Origin: Octopus vulgaris
Taxonomy: Eukaryota
Length of the DNA stretch: 64,000 nt
Direction: 5' to 3'
Assembly: GCA_951406725.2 (NCBI GenBank)
Contig: OX597830.1
Coordinates: forward strand, 44,950,001-45,014,000
Shown here one piece after another: positions 14,601-29,191 of the stretch. The stretch's first letter is position 1; every line of letters starts with the position of its first letter. Made by a program: the position numbers and the translations under genes. The notes beneath the pieces are model-generated. The model worked only from the letters and a program-made list of their open reading frames with translations. It was not told the origin of the DNA and searched no databases.

Positions 14601-17600
14601 CTGAGCATCTGCCACATACAAAACTATCTTCCCAGTTAGCCTTTCTTTGATATTACTGCACCTCTTATGTGTCCATAGCTTACACTGGGTACATGTTATA
14701 GAGTTTCTACCTACGCCTTTTCTACAGATCGAGCAGGGCTATCTACCTGAAGGGATTTGTGGTTTGCCTGCCCTCCTACTTATTAGGACTTTGGTTTTAG
14801 CTAGGTTGACTCTAAGGCCCTTCGATTCTAATCCTTGTTTCCACACCTGAAACTTCTCTTCTAGTTCTGATAATGACTCAGCAAAAATATGTGTAAAATT
14901 GTGAAGGAAATAAAAGACAAAAAAATCAAAGCATATGATATTGTTATTTTAATCTTTACAGGAATGTAATGGAATGTGAGAAAAGATATTTACTGTCTTG
15001 ACTTGTATCTGATGCTAATGAAGCTACTGCATCCAATAAGCGGTTGCCAAGTTGACTGGGATCTTGGCATAGTTGAAGAATTTGGTAACTTTCTCCTCCA
15101 GCAATTGGGTTAAAGATAAGATCATTGCAGACAGATGATGGAGAATTTAGGCCTGTTCGGAAATACACAATGGTAATTGATATGATTTCAAGAAATTTAT
15201 CATGTGGAACAACAAACAATAACAAAAATAAAATCTCTTGCAAGATTTTTATGAGTCAAAGTTTGTCCCATGAGTGGGTGGGCATTTGGGTGTTGGGACC
15301 GTGGTGGTGACAGCAGCTGTGATGCTGATAGCAGTAGTATGATGATAATATCCATGAATAGAAACAAGTGAAATTGAGAAGTGAATTACATTGGCTTGTG
15401 GGATTCATGAAGAGAAGAAACTTGAAAGAATTTCTGAAGCTACAGTCAAATGAAGATATTAAAAAAAAAAAATTAGCTGAGGCTTAAGTAATACAAAGTG
15501 ATTTCACTGAGTGAAAGTGAAATGATTTTGAGAAATGTGATGTTTGGAATCATCCTAAGAAACTGAACTTTTATTTTAAAGAACAATTTCTAGATGGGAT
15601 TATGTAATATCCCTTCTAGATATTGTTCAATGTGTTCTTATACAGGAGGATGTAAAATAACTAGGCCTAAAGGGAATTGAGGCTATCAGTAATAAATATA
15701 GGTAATATATTAATACGAGTGTAAGTGTAGTATGTATGGGGACTGATGTTTATATGAGTGACTGTTACATTTTTGCCAACTGAGGTATATATATATTGGT
15801 GATTGAATTTCTTTTCTATTGATTAGGAGGAAAGAGTACATTTATGGTAATTTTATTCTTCAAAGACTGTTATGAAGCAGTGGCATGAATGTTTGCAATA
15901 AAGTGAACTTCATTAAAGACATCTAAGAACCAAGTAGCAATAGATTAAGTACACCTCCCAAGAACTCAGGGTGCAAAGAACAAATGCTACAAGCAATCTT
16001 GTTCTACACTCTGACACTTCTGCTAACCAATTCCTTGGATTGGTACTTTGTCATATCAAACCCCAAAAAGATAAAAGGTAAAGCAAACTTTGATGTATGG
16101 GTAATTTATGGGTAGTTTCTGAAGTGTATAATGCAAGAAAGTTTAATGATTCAAGTAGCTGTTATGGGGATTGATATATGAGTCTGGGGGAGATAGAGTT
16201 TATTACCAATTCAAAGCATTTCTTATATGCAAGAGAAGCTTGTAATATATTTAAATAACTTATATATGATATTTTATAGTTTAAAAATAGTTTTTAATAC
16301 TGGTAAAAAATTATGTCAATAATAAATCACTGGTTTGAATATTAAGAACATTAGTGAAAGATTGGATAATTTTAATACTGGTGTGCAATAACAATTGGTA
16401 AAAAATATGTCGGAGATGTATATTCATGTAAAAAATAAGAAATTTGTTACTTCATGAGAGCTTCAATAATATCAGCTTACAGGTAAGGCAGCAAGCTGGC
16501 AGAAACATTAGCATGCCGGGTGAAATGCTTAGCAGTATTTTGTCTGTCTTTACATCCTGAGTTCAAATTCTGACAAGGTCAACTTTGCCTTTCATCCTTT
16601 CAGAGTCGATAAATTAAGTATCAGTTGCATACTGGGGTCGATCTAATCAATTGGCCCCCTTCCCCTGTGAGGAATACAAGTAAAGATCCACTCTCAGTGA
16701 GGTTGTCTCTTGCTTTTAAACTCTCACACCATTACTATTACCATCGTCACAATTGTAGAACAGCAGATTATTATTACCTACCAGTTCACGGATGATGGTA
16801 TAACAAACAAAAATTAGCAATGCTGTGTTATTAGTTACATTAACATAATTTGTATTCCAAGGCCAACAGGAAATATGAAATACTATTAACTTTGGAACAA
16901 GCTAATACAAAACAATGATTCTATACTTATAAAAAAGAAATACTTACTTGGACTTCTCAATTCTGGAGCACACACTTTCAGAGATTTTATTATAGCATCA
17001 GACAGGAACCCAGCAAGCTGAAATAGAATGTAATTAAGATAGTTTGTAAAACATTTTTCATCAATCAAAACTGTTAATAGTTAGACTGACAACTACTCCT
17101 TTAAGGGAAGACAATCATCCCAAATCAGCACAAGGGGAATGAACAGTTTGGAGTGTAAAACAATTGTTATAGAAATAATATAAAGATTTCTCTTCTTCCA
17201 CATCTGAAAGTATTGTTTTTCATTTAACACAAAATTAAGAGTTGAAGGGATACAATTCAGTCCTTTAACCATTATCAACAAAATCTTCTGAGGATCACAG
17301 TTATCCCAGCTGGGTAGCAGGATAGGTGGAGTGGGAAAATTGTTAGCAGAGAAAAGGATAAATAATGTAAATGAGGCAGTCAGAGTGTAGAATAAAATAA
17401 CTAAGATTTATCAAATCTTGGAAAACACAGTAGCAACTTTTATTTTTGATTACCACTGCCTGGGTTAGATGATAAACAGAAGTCCACTTTTATAAGCTCT
17501 TCTGCTGACTAGCTTCAAGATGAATGGTAGTGACCTCATTATCTTTTATTTGCCACTGACAATTTTAATGGACATGCTGATCAACATTACAAGGGCTTGT

Positions 17601-19875
17601 CCAGTGCACATTAGGAGGGATTAAAACATCTGGAGTTCTGTGATGCAAATGATCTACGAGATAGGACTGGAAAGACTGAAAGAAAGGATGCAGATGTGAC
17701 TATTGATGCAGGTATGGCTGTATAGCTGAGAATTTTTCTTCCCAACTACATGGTTCTAGGTTCAATCCTACTGTATGGTACCTTATGCAAATGTTTTTTT
17801 TTTATTCTAGCCCCAGACTGACCAAAGCCTTGTGTGTGTGTTTTGTTTTGTTTTGGTCCTTCTTTCACACTTTGACATTTCCTAGCCTAGAACTATCACC
17901 TTCTTTATTGATGCACCACACAGTTGAAGAGGCTCTTTGTCAGCCAAGCTCACTTGTGATGATGCAAAGAAAAAAAAAAATACATGCTGTAAAGTCTCTG
18001 TCCATAAAAGCCATACAAAGTAGACATTGGAGCATGATGCAGTACTTACTCAAGCTGGCTGTGGACAAATGTACCACCATGCATTTTGAGAGGAAAAACC
18101 CAGCATCTACTTACTCCCTCCACAATACTAATCTCAAAAAGTCTTCTTGTGAACGTGACCTGGGCATTATTGTCGACAGCAATTTGCGTTGGACAAAACA
18201 CATTGCAAAAATTGACAAGAAGGCTGAGAGTGTCATGGCATCACTCACTAAATCATCTAACTGCAGCTTTACATAGCTATGGTGCGACCTCACCTGGAAT
18301 TTGCATCACCAGTCTGGAACCCCTATCTTGCTCAGGATATTAATCGTATGGAAGCCGTTCAATGACGTGCAACAAAGAGAATACCCTTCATCAGGCATTT
18401 GCCATATTCTGAACACCTTACTTCCCTGGCACCTTTTAAAACTCCACCTGTCTAACACCCGTGGACATGTTTACAAAGTCAGAAAACAGCACAGCTCCCA
18501 TGACTTTCGGAAACATTTTTTCATAAGAGTTGCTGAAGTATAGAACAAACTGCCAGCATCAGTTGTTAGTTGTCGGAGCACTGCATCCTTCAAAACTTCC
18601 TAGCTTCCTGAGATTCGCCAACACTGAACCTGATTTTCACCCCTCCATACACACACAAGCATGTATCTGAATCATACACTGTTCAGTTCCCAGACATTTG
18701 TACATTAATGCAAATGCTTTATACGTACTTTTGACAAGTTGTGGTGCACCTAAGCACTGTATACAATAATTTCATTATTATCATTATTAGACCTCTCTGT
18801 TCTTATCAAACTATCAACCCATGCAAGCATGAAACATGGATTTTAAAAGATGATGATGATTTTGATTAGCAATTCTAAACAATGAGGGATGGATATCAAT
18901 AGAAGTCAGGAGGGAAGGAGTAGTAATGAATTGTCATAATCAACATCTAACATTGACATTGCTGGCCAGTTTGACAGGGTCAAACAAACCAGAGGACAGT
19001 ACTGAGCACCAATGTCTGCTTTGGTATGGTCTCTACAGACGGATGTTCATCCTAACACCTACCACTTTGCAAAGTGTTATGGGTGCTTTCTTCACGGCAA
19101 CAACATGAGTGAGGTTGTGAAGAAATTTGCAAAACAAAAATGACCCCCTCAACTGAGGGGTACTGGTTGTAGAGAGAGAGGTGGCTTTATATCAGTTGTT
19201 AAGAGATTAAAATATGAAAGAGAAATAGTAATAGGTGTCTTGCTACAGAGGCGATTAAATGGCTACCCTGATTATATTAGTATGGATAAGAGTAACTGGA
19301 AAGAGAGATAAAGAGAGTGGTAATGAGGTGTAAGTGCATACTGTCAAGGTACAATAAGGTAAAGAAAAAAGAGAATGGGAACAAAGGGCCAAGAAGGGTG
19401 GCTAGGTAAGTTTGTATGAGTGTGAGGGAGGAGAATAACAGGCTTGATGGGGTTAGAAGGAAACTGAATTGCTAGAGGAGGTGAAGGAGGAGATAAGTGA
19501 AAGTAGAGAAAGAGTGTAGAATAGCAACATAATAAGACTGAAGACAGATAAAAAATAAGGAGATGATGTGTAAGGTAAATGGGCAAAGGAGGACTGTGGA
19601 TGGAGAGAGAGAGAGAGAATTGGAGATGAGCAGCACAGAGGAGCAAATAAAGTGAATGACAAAGGCATGTGTGGGGTGAGACAGTCAATGGCAGATATGA
19701 GAGGGTGTTAAGACTGAAATATGGCCATCATATGATGTAGGTCAGGGGAAAGGGAGAGATAATTGATAGCACAGAAAGGATGATCAGTTGAAAACAAACT
19801 AAGAAAAGATGATAATATTGAGAATGAAGGATGGAAGGTAAAAGACAGTGGTGAGAGAGTGAGAGAAGGAATGCA

Positions 19876-19944
<69 letters not shown>

Positions 19945-22900
19945 TAGTAACGCAAAAGGAGATGAAATATGTGTAGTTCTGCTCTCCTATAATTACACCA
20001 GCTGGATGGTAGAGAATTAAAGAGGAGTAAAGAGTGATGGAAAAATGAGAGGGTGGAGAAAGTTTGACAGAGATAAGAGATGTGTGCAGAAACATAAACA
20101 TAATACTTTTAGGGCTTCAGTTTTGCTGTGATGGACAGGTCTTCTTGAGCACAAAGAGTTGACAATCATCTCAGTACTCTGTTATCTCATCTGTGAGACT
20201 AAACATCCTTAGGTCAGTCTTCACTACTTTGTCCCATGTCTTTCTGGCTCTCTCTCTCTCTCTCTCTTCCACAGGTTCCATCCATAATTCCTCATCTACA
20301 TGCATCAAATGACGATACCAGCATAGATTTTTTTTCTGCTTACACATTACACCTGATTCCTCTTATGCCCAATTTTTCTCTCAACAGAATTGTATTTTGC
20401 GGTATATGCACACTAATGTTGCATATCCACTAGAACATGATAGCTTTATTCTTTTTTCAGTTTTCACACGTCCTCTGCATTCAGAGTTCATTTCCCACTA
20501 CCATGAGACATTGCTGTTTGTACACAATTAGTTGCCTTTTGTATTTACAGAAAAATCTTTTATTACCAACAGAGATTGGTAATAAAAATTTCTGAAGTTT
20601 CTCTATCCTGTTCTTATTCTAGCAACTATACTACTGCTAATTAGATAACCAAGGCAACAGAAAATATCTACCACCTCTAGAGATCTTCCAACAGCTGAAT
20701 AAAATGGTAGATAAAGGAATGAATGATAGGGAAATCAGCAATTGTAGACTTGACATGGACATATTTGGCAAGGGGATCTAATCTGTATATACACATCTAC
20801 ACTCCATTATAACATTAGTTTTTTCATGCTTTCATAGATGGACAAATTTTCTCAAGCAGAGTAAAATGTAAAGAGAAAGCGCAAAGGATTCCCTTACCTG
20901 ATTGTCTGTGACTGTGCTTGTTGCAAGAAATTCCTTAGCTAATTGAAAACGGGCATTGTTATTGACTTTCAGTAACATTTCAAGAATTGTAAACTCATCT
21001 GATGTGATCACAAACTCATATTTCTTTTCTAAAATCTATAAAAAAGAGATGACATTTGTATTAGATTCATTGACAGAAACTATAGATTTATCTAATGGTG
21101 ACATAGGAATTGATTCTAATTTTCCTTATTTCAAACTTTACATTTTTAATAATTGTGTATGTGGATGAGAGGGAGAGTAGAAAAAAAATTTTTTTTTCTG
21201 CCCAATATTCACAGGAACAAAAACAAGTTATGATGTAGCAAAGAAAATAGAGAGAAAATAATGCCTGCAAATGTTTAGATGAACCACTTTAAGCCACAAG
21301 AAACCAGCATTAGATACTTACCAGAGCTATTTTTTTCGCAATCAAAACTCTCCGACAGCATTCCTTGCCTTGGACACACAAACTAAACAGTTGCTCCATT
21401 ACAGAAATGAGTTGGTCTTGAGCAGGGGACAGAGTCAAATTACCAACACCTGTCAGGCTACCAAGACTTGCTGTAGTACACAAAATAAGGAAATTTATTC
21501 ATTATTTATCAGACTTGTAGGATAATAGCCTAGATATAAAGATAAAAACAATATGCTGTAAAGTAATCCCCCATCATATCATGGTCCACTTATTGCAGTT
21601 TATTGTTTAAGCTTACATCGTTTCCTCCATGATGCTGTTTTGCATTTCTAAGTAATGTTTCTACTTTGCGAATTTTCACCTATTGTGGGGAGTTTTGGAA
21701 TGTAATACCCGCACTAGTTGAAGGATTATTGTAGGGGCGGTGAACTTGGAGACCATTGCCACTAGAATAAGAATAGCCTGGGCAAAGTTCAGAAAGCCTC
21801 TACCTTTACTGGTGAAAAAGGGCTCTCAGAGTGAAAGGTAGATTGTATGATGCATGTGTGTGAACTGCCATGCTAAACAGCAGTGAAACATGGGCCATGA
21901 CTGCTGAAGACATGCATAGGCTTGAAAGAAATTAAACTAGTATGATTCACTGGATGTGTAATGTCAGTGTGCACACACTAGAGAGTGTAAGCACCCTGAG
22001 AGCAGATGTGGTGTGCAAGAGAGACGACAGCATTGGTATGGACATGTGCTGTGTATGGATGAGGAGACCTGTGTGAAGAAGTGTCACTCCCTAACATTGG
22101 AAGGAACATGTGGTACAGGGAAACCCAGGAAGACATGGGATGAGGTGGTGAAGCATGACCTTTGAATGTTGGGCCTCATAGAGGCAATGATGGAAGACAG
22201 AGACCTCTGGAGATGTGCTGTGATTGAGAAGACTCAGCAAGTAAAGTAGGATCACAGCCGTTGTGGCTGATGCCAGTGCCATTTGACTGGTTCCCATGCT
22301 GGTGGAACACAATAAGCACCATGCATGTGTGGGTTGTTGACAGTGCCACCTGACTGGCTCCCCATGCTAGTGCCATGTAAAAAGCACCATCTGAACATGG
22401 TCAATGCCAGCCTCCCTGCCCTGACTGGCTCCTGTGCTGGTAGTATGTAAAAAAGCACCATCCAAACGTGGCCGATGCCAGTGCAGCCTGACTGGCTCTC
22501 ATGCTGGTGGCACGTTAAAAGCATCTACTACATTCTCAGAGTGGTTGGCATTAGGAAGGGCATCCAGCTGTAGAAACACTGCCAGATTGGAGCCTGGTGC
22601 GGCCTCCTTGCTTGCCAGTCCCCAGTCAAACAGTCCAACCCATGCCAGCATGGAAAACAGACGTTAAACGATGATGATGATATATATACATATATATATA
22701 AATATATATATATAGCTATGTGGATGATGACAGTACCGCTTGATTGCAACTCATGCCAGTGGAACGTTAAAAGCACCATCTGAGCATGATCGTTGCCAAG
22801 GCTGCTGATTGGCTCCTGTGTAGGTAGAACGTAAAAAACACATTTTGAGCGTGGTCGTTGCCAGAACTGCCTGACTGGCCCTCGTGCTGGTGGCATGTAA

Positions 22901-25781
22901 AAGCACCCACTACAGAGAGGTTGGCATTAGAAAGGGATACCACCTGTAGAAACTTTGTAGATCAGATTGGAGCCTAGTGCAGTCTTCTGGCTCACCAGTC
23001 CTCAGTCAAACCGTCCAACCATGGAAAGTGGATGTCAAACAATGAGACTGTGCCAGTGGCATGTAAAAAGCATGATTCGTATGTGGCCAATGCCAGCGCT
23101 ACTTTGACTGGCTTCCGTGTCGGTGGCACGTAAAAAGCACCAACCGATCGTGGCCGTTGCCAGCCTCCCCTGGCACCTGTGCCAGTGGCACGTAAAAAGG
23201 CACCTTCTACACCCACGGAGTGGTTGGCATTAGGAAGGGCATCAAGTTGTAGAAACACTGCCAGATCAGACTGGAGCCTGGTGCAGCCTCCTGGCTTCCC
23301 AGTTGAACCGTCCAACCCATGCCAGCATGGGCAATGGATGTTAAATGATGATGATGATTATGTGGTAAGTAGCATCACTCTTTTGCCATTGTGTCTCATA
23401 GAGTTTTCTGTATTTTTATGCCTATGTAGACATCTAATACATGTGCCTAAAAGTTGCTTAATTTCATGTTGGCCCTGATCAACCAGATCCATGATCAAAG
23501 ACAATCAAGTAATGACCATCCTGTCTTTTTATCAGACATAATGTAATGTGTAGGTTCATTATTCAATGTATACTTGCTTAAGATAGTGAGGTATGGTTTA
23601 TTCTTTTACTTCTTTCAATCACTTGACTGCAGCCATACTGGGCACCACCTTGAAGGGTTTTAGTCGAACAAATCAACCATAGGACTTATCTCTTTCTTTA
23701 AGCCTAGCATTTATTCTCTCTGTCTCTTTTGCCAAAACACTAAGTTATTGGGATGTAAGCACACCAACACTGGTGGTGCAGGACAAAGACAGACACACAC
23801 ACATACATACACACATACAGACATATACATATATACAATGGGCTTCTTTCAGTTTCCAGCTTTGGTTGGCCACAAGTTATAGTAGAAGGTACTTGCCTAA
23901 GGTGTCACACAGTGGGACTGAATCCGGAACCATGTGGTTGGGAAGCAAGTTTCTTACCGTACAACCATTCTTGCACCTTTCGAGAGAGATTTACCATCTA
24001 TATCTAATGAGCTCAGCTCATGTGCATAAATATATGTTATATACGAAGATGTGTATCTCATATGTGTAGATGTGCATTATAAATGTATTAAAGTGAATTC
24101 ACCAACCATTAGAAAGCCGAAAGAAGGATGTGCCATTGTTGAATTGTCGAGAAAACTTGGTGGCTGGATTTTTGTTGATATCTGCAGACTCCAGCAGAAG
24201 TTGCTTTATTTCTGGTGCTATTTCATCAACACTGATGGAACCAATACTGAGTCGGATGCAAGTCTAAAGAGACGGGTGAAAAAAAAAAAAAAGAACAGAA
24301 TTAGTATTTTTCAAAGTTATTGCACTTTTTGCTTAGAATTTTTGCCTGTTTCTCTAAATTCTAATTTCAATGTTCACAATTACTTAACTTTTTACAGATG
24401 ATGGTTATGGATACTTCTTCATGAAAGAAGGAACCATTTCGACAAGATTCAAAAGGATATGTGTTCATCATCATCATCATCGTTTAACGTCCGTTTTCCG
24501 CGCTAGCACGGGTTGGACGGTTCGACCGGGGTCTGGGAAGCCAGGGGCTGCACCAGGCTCCAGTCTGATCTGGCAGTGTTTCTACAGCTGGATGCCCTTC
24601 CTAACGCCAACCACTCCGCGAGTGTAGTGGGTGCTTTTTACGTGCCACCTGTACAGGTTTATTACTTCAAATTCTGTAAAACAATAAATCAAACACTGCT
24701 GCCTCTTTCACCATTATTTTGATACTTTTCCATATTTGCATGGGTCAGACATAATTCATTGAGGCTGGTCTGCAATGCCTGACTGCCCATTTATTCATCA
24801 ATCCACATATGCTTCCAAGCAAGGGATGATGCCCATCTTTCAAGTAGAAAAATAGTAGGTGAAAGATTGGCTCAGTCATCTTATAACAATATAGTAACTA
24901 CAATTTGTTGACTTTATTTTATAATTTTACATTTGGTAATCTTATACAAGCAAAAACTTATATATAAACCCCGAGTCATGAAGTTAAAAGTTTGTCCTTC
25001 TCATTGACTTGATATTTTGCATTTTTGTTTCTGTATATAACACACTCTTTTACACTTTCAGCATAAGGTAGAGAAATTTAAATGAGGATTTTCCATCAAC
25101 CAAAACATATTCTTTGAATGTCATCTTTATTATGAAATATGTCACATTCATCTCTAATATTCAAGTCAAAAAAATTGTTATAGTCATTTACCAAAATGAT
25201 AGCAAGGTCTTGACTATAGAATGAAAACTCAGCAGCAACTCTACAGCAGTCAGACAGATGTGCTTCACTGAGAAGTTCCCCAATCAATAGACTTACAGCT
25301 CTTTGTTCCTGCAAAGAATAAACATCAAACAAGTTAAGATTTTAAGATCAATATTTAATATTTTTGTTACTTGAAAAGAATAAATAGATGAACAAGAAAC
25401 AGACATGACAGTTCTAATTCATAAAATATTATATATATTTACAAGAGTCATTCAGATAAAAAAAAAAATAGTTATTAATATTAGTTGTTATGTCCACCTA
25501 CACTATCAGAGAATTCACTTTGTTTCTGAGATATATTCGGCATTTTCCCATGCTGCAGAAGCTCGGTCTTCAATGCTGATGTTTTTGATCGAACTGGATA
25601 TGTTTCCTCAACTCCTAAAAATATTTCATCAATAGGTGCCACCAAAGAAGGGATTCGCTGAAAACAGATAACAGAAAAGAGCAAATCAACAATGCGAGAG
25701 AGAGAGCATGTATATGTGTGTGTGTCTGTGTGCGTGCCTATATGTAAATATATGTGTGTGCATGTCTGTATGTGTATATAT

Positions 25782-25846
<65 letters not shown>

Positions 25847-26358
25847 TATAAGGAAAACAGAAAATAGAGATAAAATTGATGAATAATAATTGATTTACAT
25901 CAATTATCATTTATCAATTAATTACAAAAAGACATTATCTAATCTTACAGCTGTTTCCATTAGTGTGATTCCCAGGCTTAACCATCTCAGTAATAATATA
26001 AGTTATCATTGTAGGTAATTAATTATACCAATTTGAATAGTGGAACTTCACCAGAGTGGAAAAGTAAAGAAAACTATAAAAAGAAAAAAGAAAAGGAGAA
26101 AGCGAAGAAACAATGATATATCAACTCATGTTACATGCTGTCCCTCTGGGAAACTTTTGAGCAACAAGAATTTAGAAATAGAATTGGGATAGTTACAATA
26201 TTTAGTGGTACATTCGTATATACAGAGGGAAGGCTACTGGTGGTGTGGGTTTACCTATCATTTATGAACATTAATACTAATACTCATGATCACAATATAA
26301 GTAATACACTCATTTGATACAAGTATCCCTTAGATGGTTGTTATAACCTCTAACTTAA

Positions 26359-26426
<68 letters not shown>

Positions 26427-28342
26427 TACCCCCTTGTTATCGAGTATGGCCATTGCACAAAGCTTAACTGTTATTGGTGCTGTGATCGAATGTGACATGT
26501 TAGCCCAGCTAAAGATCTACAATGTCTTGTACAGAATTGGCAGCTAAAGCCTTTACCGGCAGTAGCCGGCTGTAGTTGTAACTGGGCTTTATCTTTGCAT
26601 GTCATTTAAGTCCTCCTGCCGAATTACACTCTCTTCCACATGCCTGACAGATATGATTAGTATGGTGCATAATACCACCACCAGTGGCCAGGTTGTCACT
26701 CGTCTGTCTCACTTTATGACTACGAAGATGACTCTTGAGTCCAGCTTTACTGAGGCAGTGTCTTGCACAGACACTGCATGTCAGCATCATAAAAAGACCC
26801 TTCCCATCTGGAAGTGTAACAGCGATGCCCTTCCTGACATCCCTCCTTACTTTCTCATGCGCAACTCAAGATTTCTCAAAAGTAGCTGTCCCCTCGTGCA
26901 CAATCCTTCTCCACCTGCTACGATCAATAGCTATGCCCTCCCATGTGTCAGGAGAGATGCAAGCATCTCTTAAGGAAGCCTTCAGCAAGTCTTTATACCT
27001 CTTTTTTGGTTTATGTGGGGGTTGTTCTCCTTTAGCTAACTCTCCATAAAAGAGTTGTTTTGGCATCCTTGAATCCTTCATCCTGACCAGATGATCACTC
27101 CATTTGAGCCTTTGCTTTAACACAAGAGCTTCTATACTTTCACACCGAGAGCATTCCAATATTTCAAGATCACTGATGCAGTCCTTCCACTTAATGCCAT
27201 AGATCCGTCTAAGACACATCTGATGGAAATGTTCCAGTTGTTTAAGGTGGTATCGATATGTGACCCACGTCTCGCAGGCATAGAGAAGAGAAGGGAGCAC
27301 ACATGCCTTGTACACCTTTATCTTTGTCTTTCTACATATGTCTCGCCGACTCCAGAGGCACCTTTCTAGCCTTCTGAAAGCATTACTTCTTTCCTAATTC
27401 TGTATGGAATTTCATCATCCAAATTGCTATATCTATTAACAGTGTTTCCCATGTAGACAAACTGATCAACTACATCAAGTCGTTTACCATACACATAGAT
27501 ATTTGGTACACTATACTGCTTACCAGGGGCAGGTTGAAGCATGACAACAGTTTTCTTAAGACTGACTGTCAATCATAAGGCAGTGCAAGCATCAGAGAAT
27601 GCATTCAAAATGTGTTGCATATCAATCTCTGTGAGTGCTACTAGATCACAATCATCTGCATACAAAAGGTCTCTTATGATAGAGGTAAATACCTTTGTTT
27701 TTGCAGCAAAGCACCTGATATTAAATATGCTGCCAGAGGTTCGATAATGGATGTAAACACCATATCTGCAGTTTCTGAATGCAATACAGAAAATCATTGC
27801 AAAATATATGGCAAATAGAGTCGGTGCCAGAATATCCCTGTTTCACTCCATTTTGTATTGAAATGGGCTCCGACATATTCCCTCAAACATTAACCCTACC
27901 CTTCATGTCTTCATGAAAAGACCTAACCAAAGCAAGGAACTTTTCTGGACACCCAAGTTTCTGGAGAACTTTCCACAATGCTTTTCTATTAACGGTATCA
28001 AAGGCTATTGTCAAATTGACAAAAACCTGATACAAATCCAGACACTGTTCCACACACTTCTCCTGAATCTGTCTAGCTGAAAAGATCATATCAACAGTGC
28101 CACGTCCCACACGAAAGCCATATTGACTTTCTGGAAGAACACAATCTGCAATATGTTTCAGCAGACGATCCACGAGTACCCTGCATAAAACTTTTCCTAC
28201 GACAGAAAGCAATGATATTCCCCTTTAGTTACCACAATCATTCGTGTTGCCCTTTCCCTTATACAAGACCACCATCACAGTATCTCTCCAGTCCTCAGGT
28301 ACAGATTCACTAGCCCATATCTTACCAAACGAAGAGTATGTA

Positions 28343-28392
<50 letters not shown>

Positions 28393-28543
28393 CATATATA
28401 CATACATACATACATACATATATATATATACATACATATATATATATACATACATATATATATATACATACATACATATATATATATACATATATACATA
28501 CATATATATACATATATACATACATATATATGTATATACATAT

Positions 28544-28576
<33 letters not shown>

Positions 28577-28826
28577 CCATACACATAGATATTTGGTACA
28601 CTATACTGCTTACCAGGAACAGGTTGGTACATGACAACAGTTTTCTTAAGACTGACTGTCAATCATAAGGCAGTGCAAGCATCAGAGAATGCATTCAAAA
28701 TGTGTTGCATATCAATCTCTGTGTGTGCTACTAGATCACAATCATCTGCATACAAAAGGTCTCTTATGATAGAGGTAAATACCTTTGTTTTGCAGCAAAG
28801 CACCTGATATTAAATATGCTGCCATA

Positions 28827-28903
<77 letters not shown>

Positions 28904-29160
28904 CATATATACATTTACATATATACATACATACATATATACATACATGTATATATATACATACATATATACATATATGTATATATATACATACATATAT
29001 ACATACATATATACATTTACATACATACATATATACATACATACATATACACATACGTACATACATACATACATACATACACACATACATACATACATCC
29101 ATACATACATATACATACATACATACACACACACACACATATATATACATATACACACAC

Positions 29161-29191
<31 letters not shown>

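Noticed and set aside
16485-16665. tRNA genes suggested by B-box-like GAGTTCAAA motifs
   Set aside because: No complete cloverleaf; these are SINE heads.
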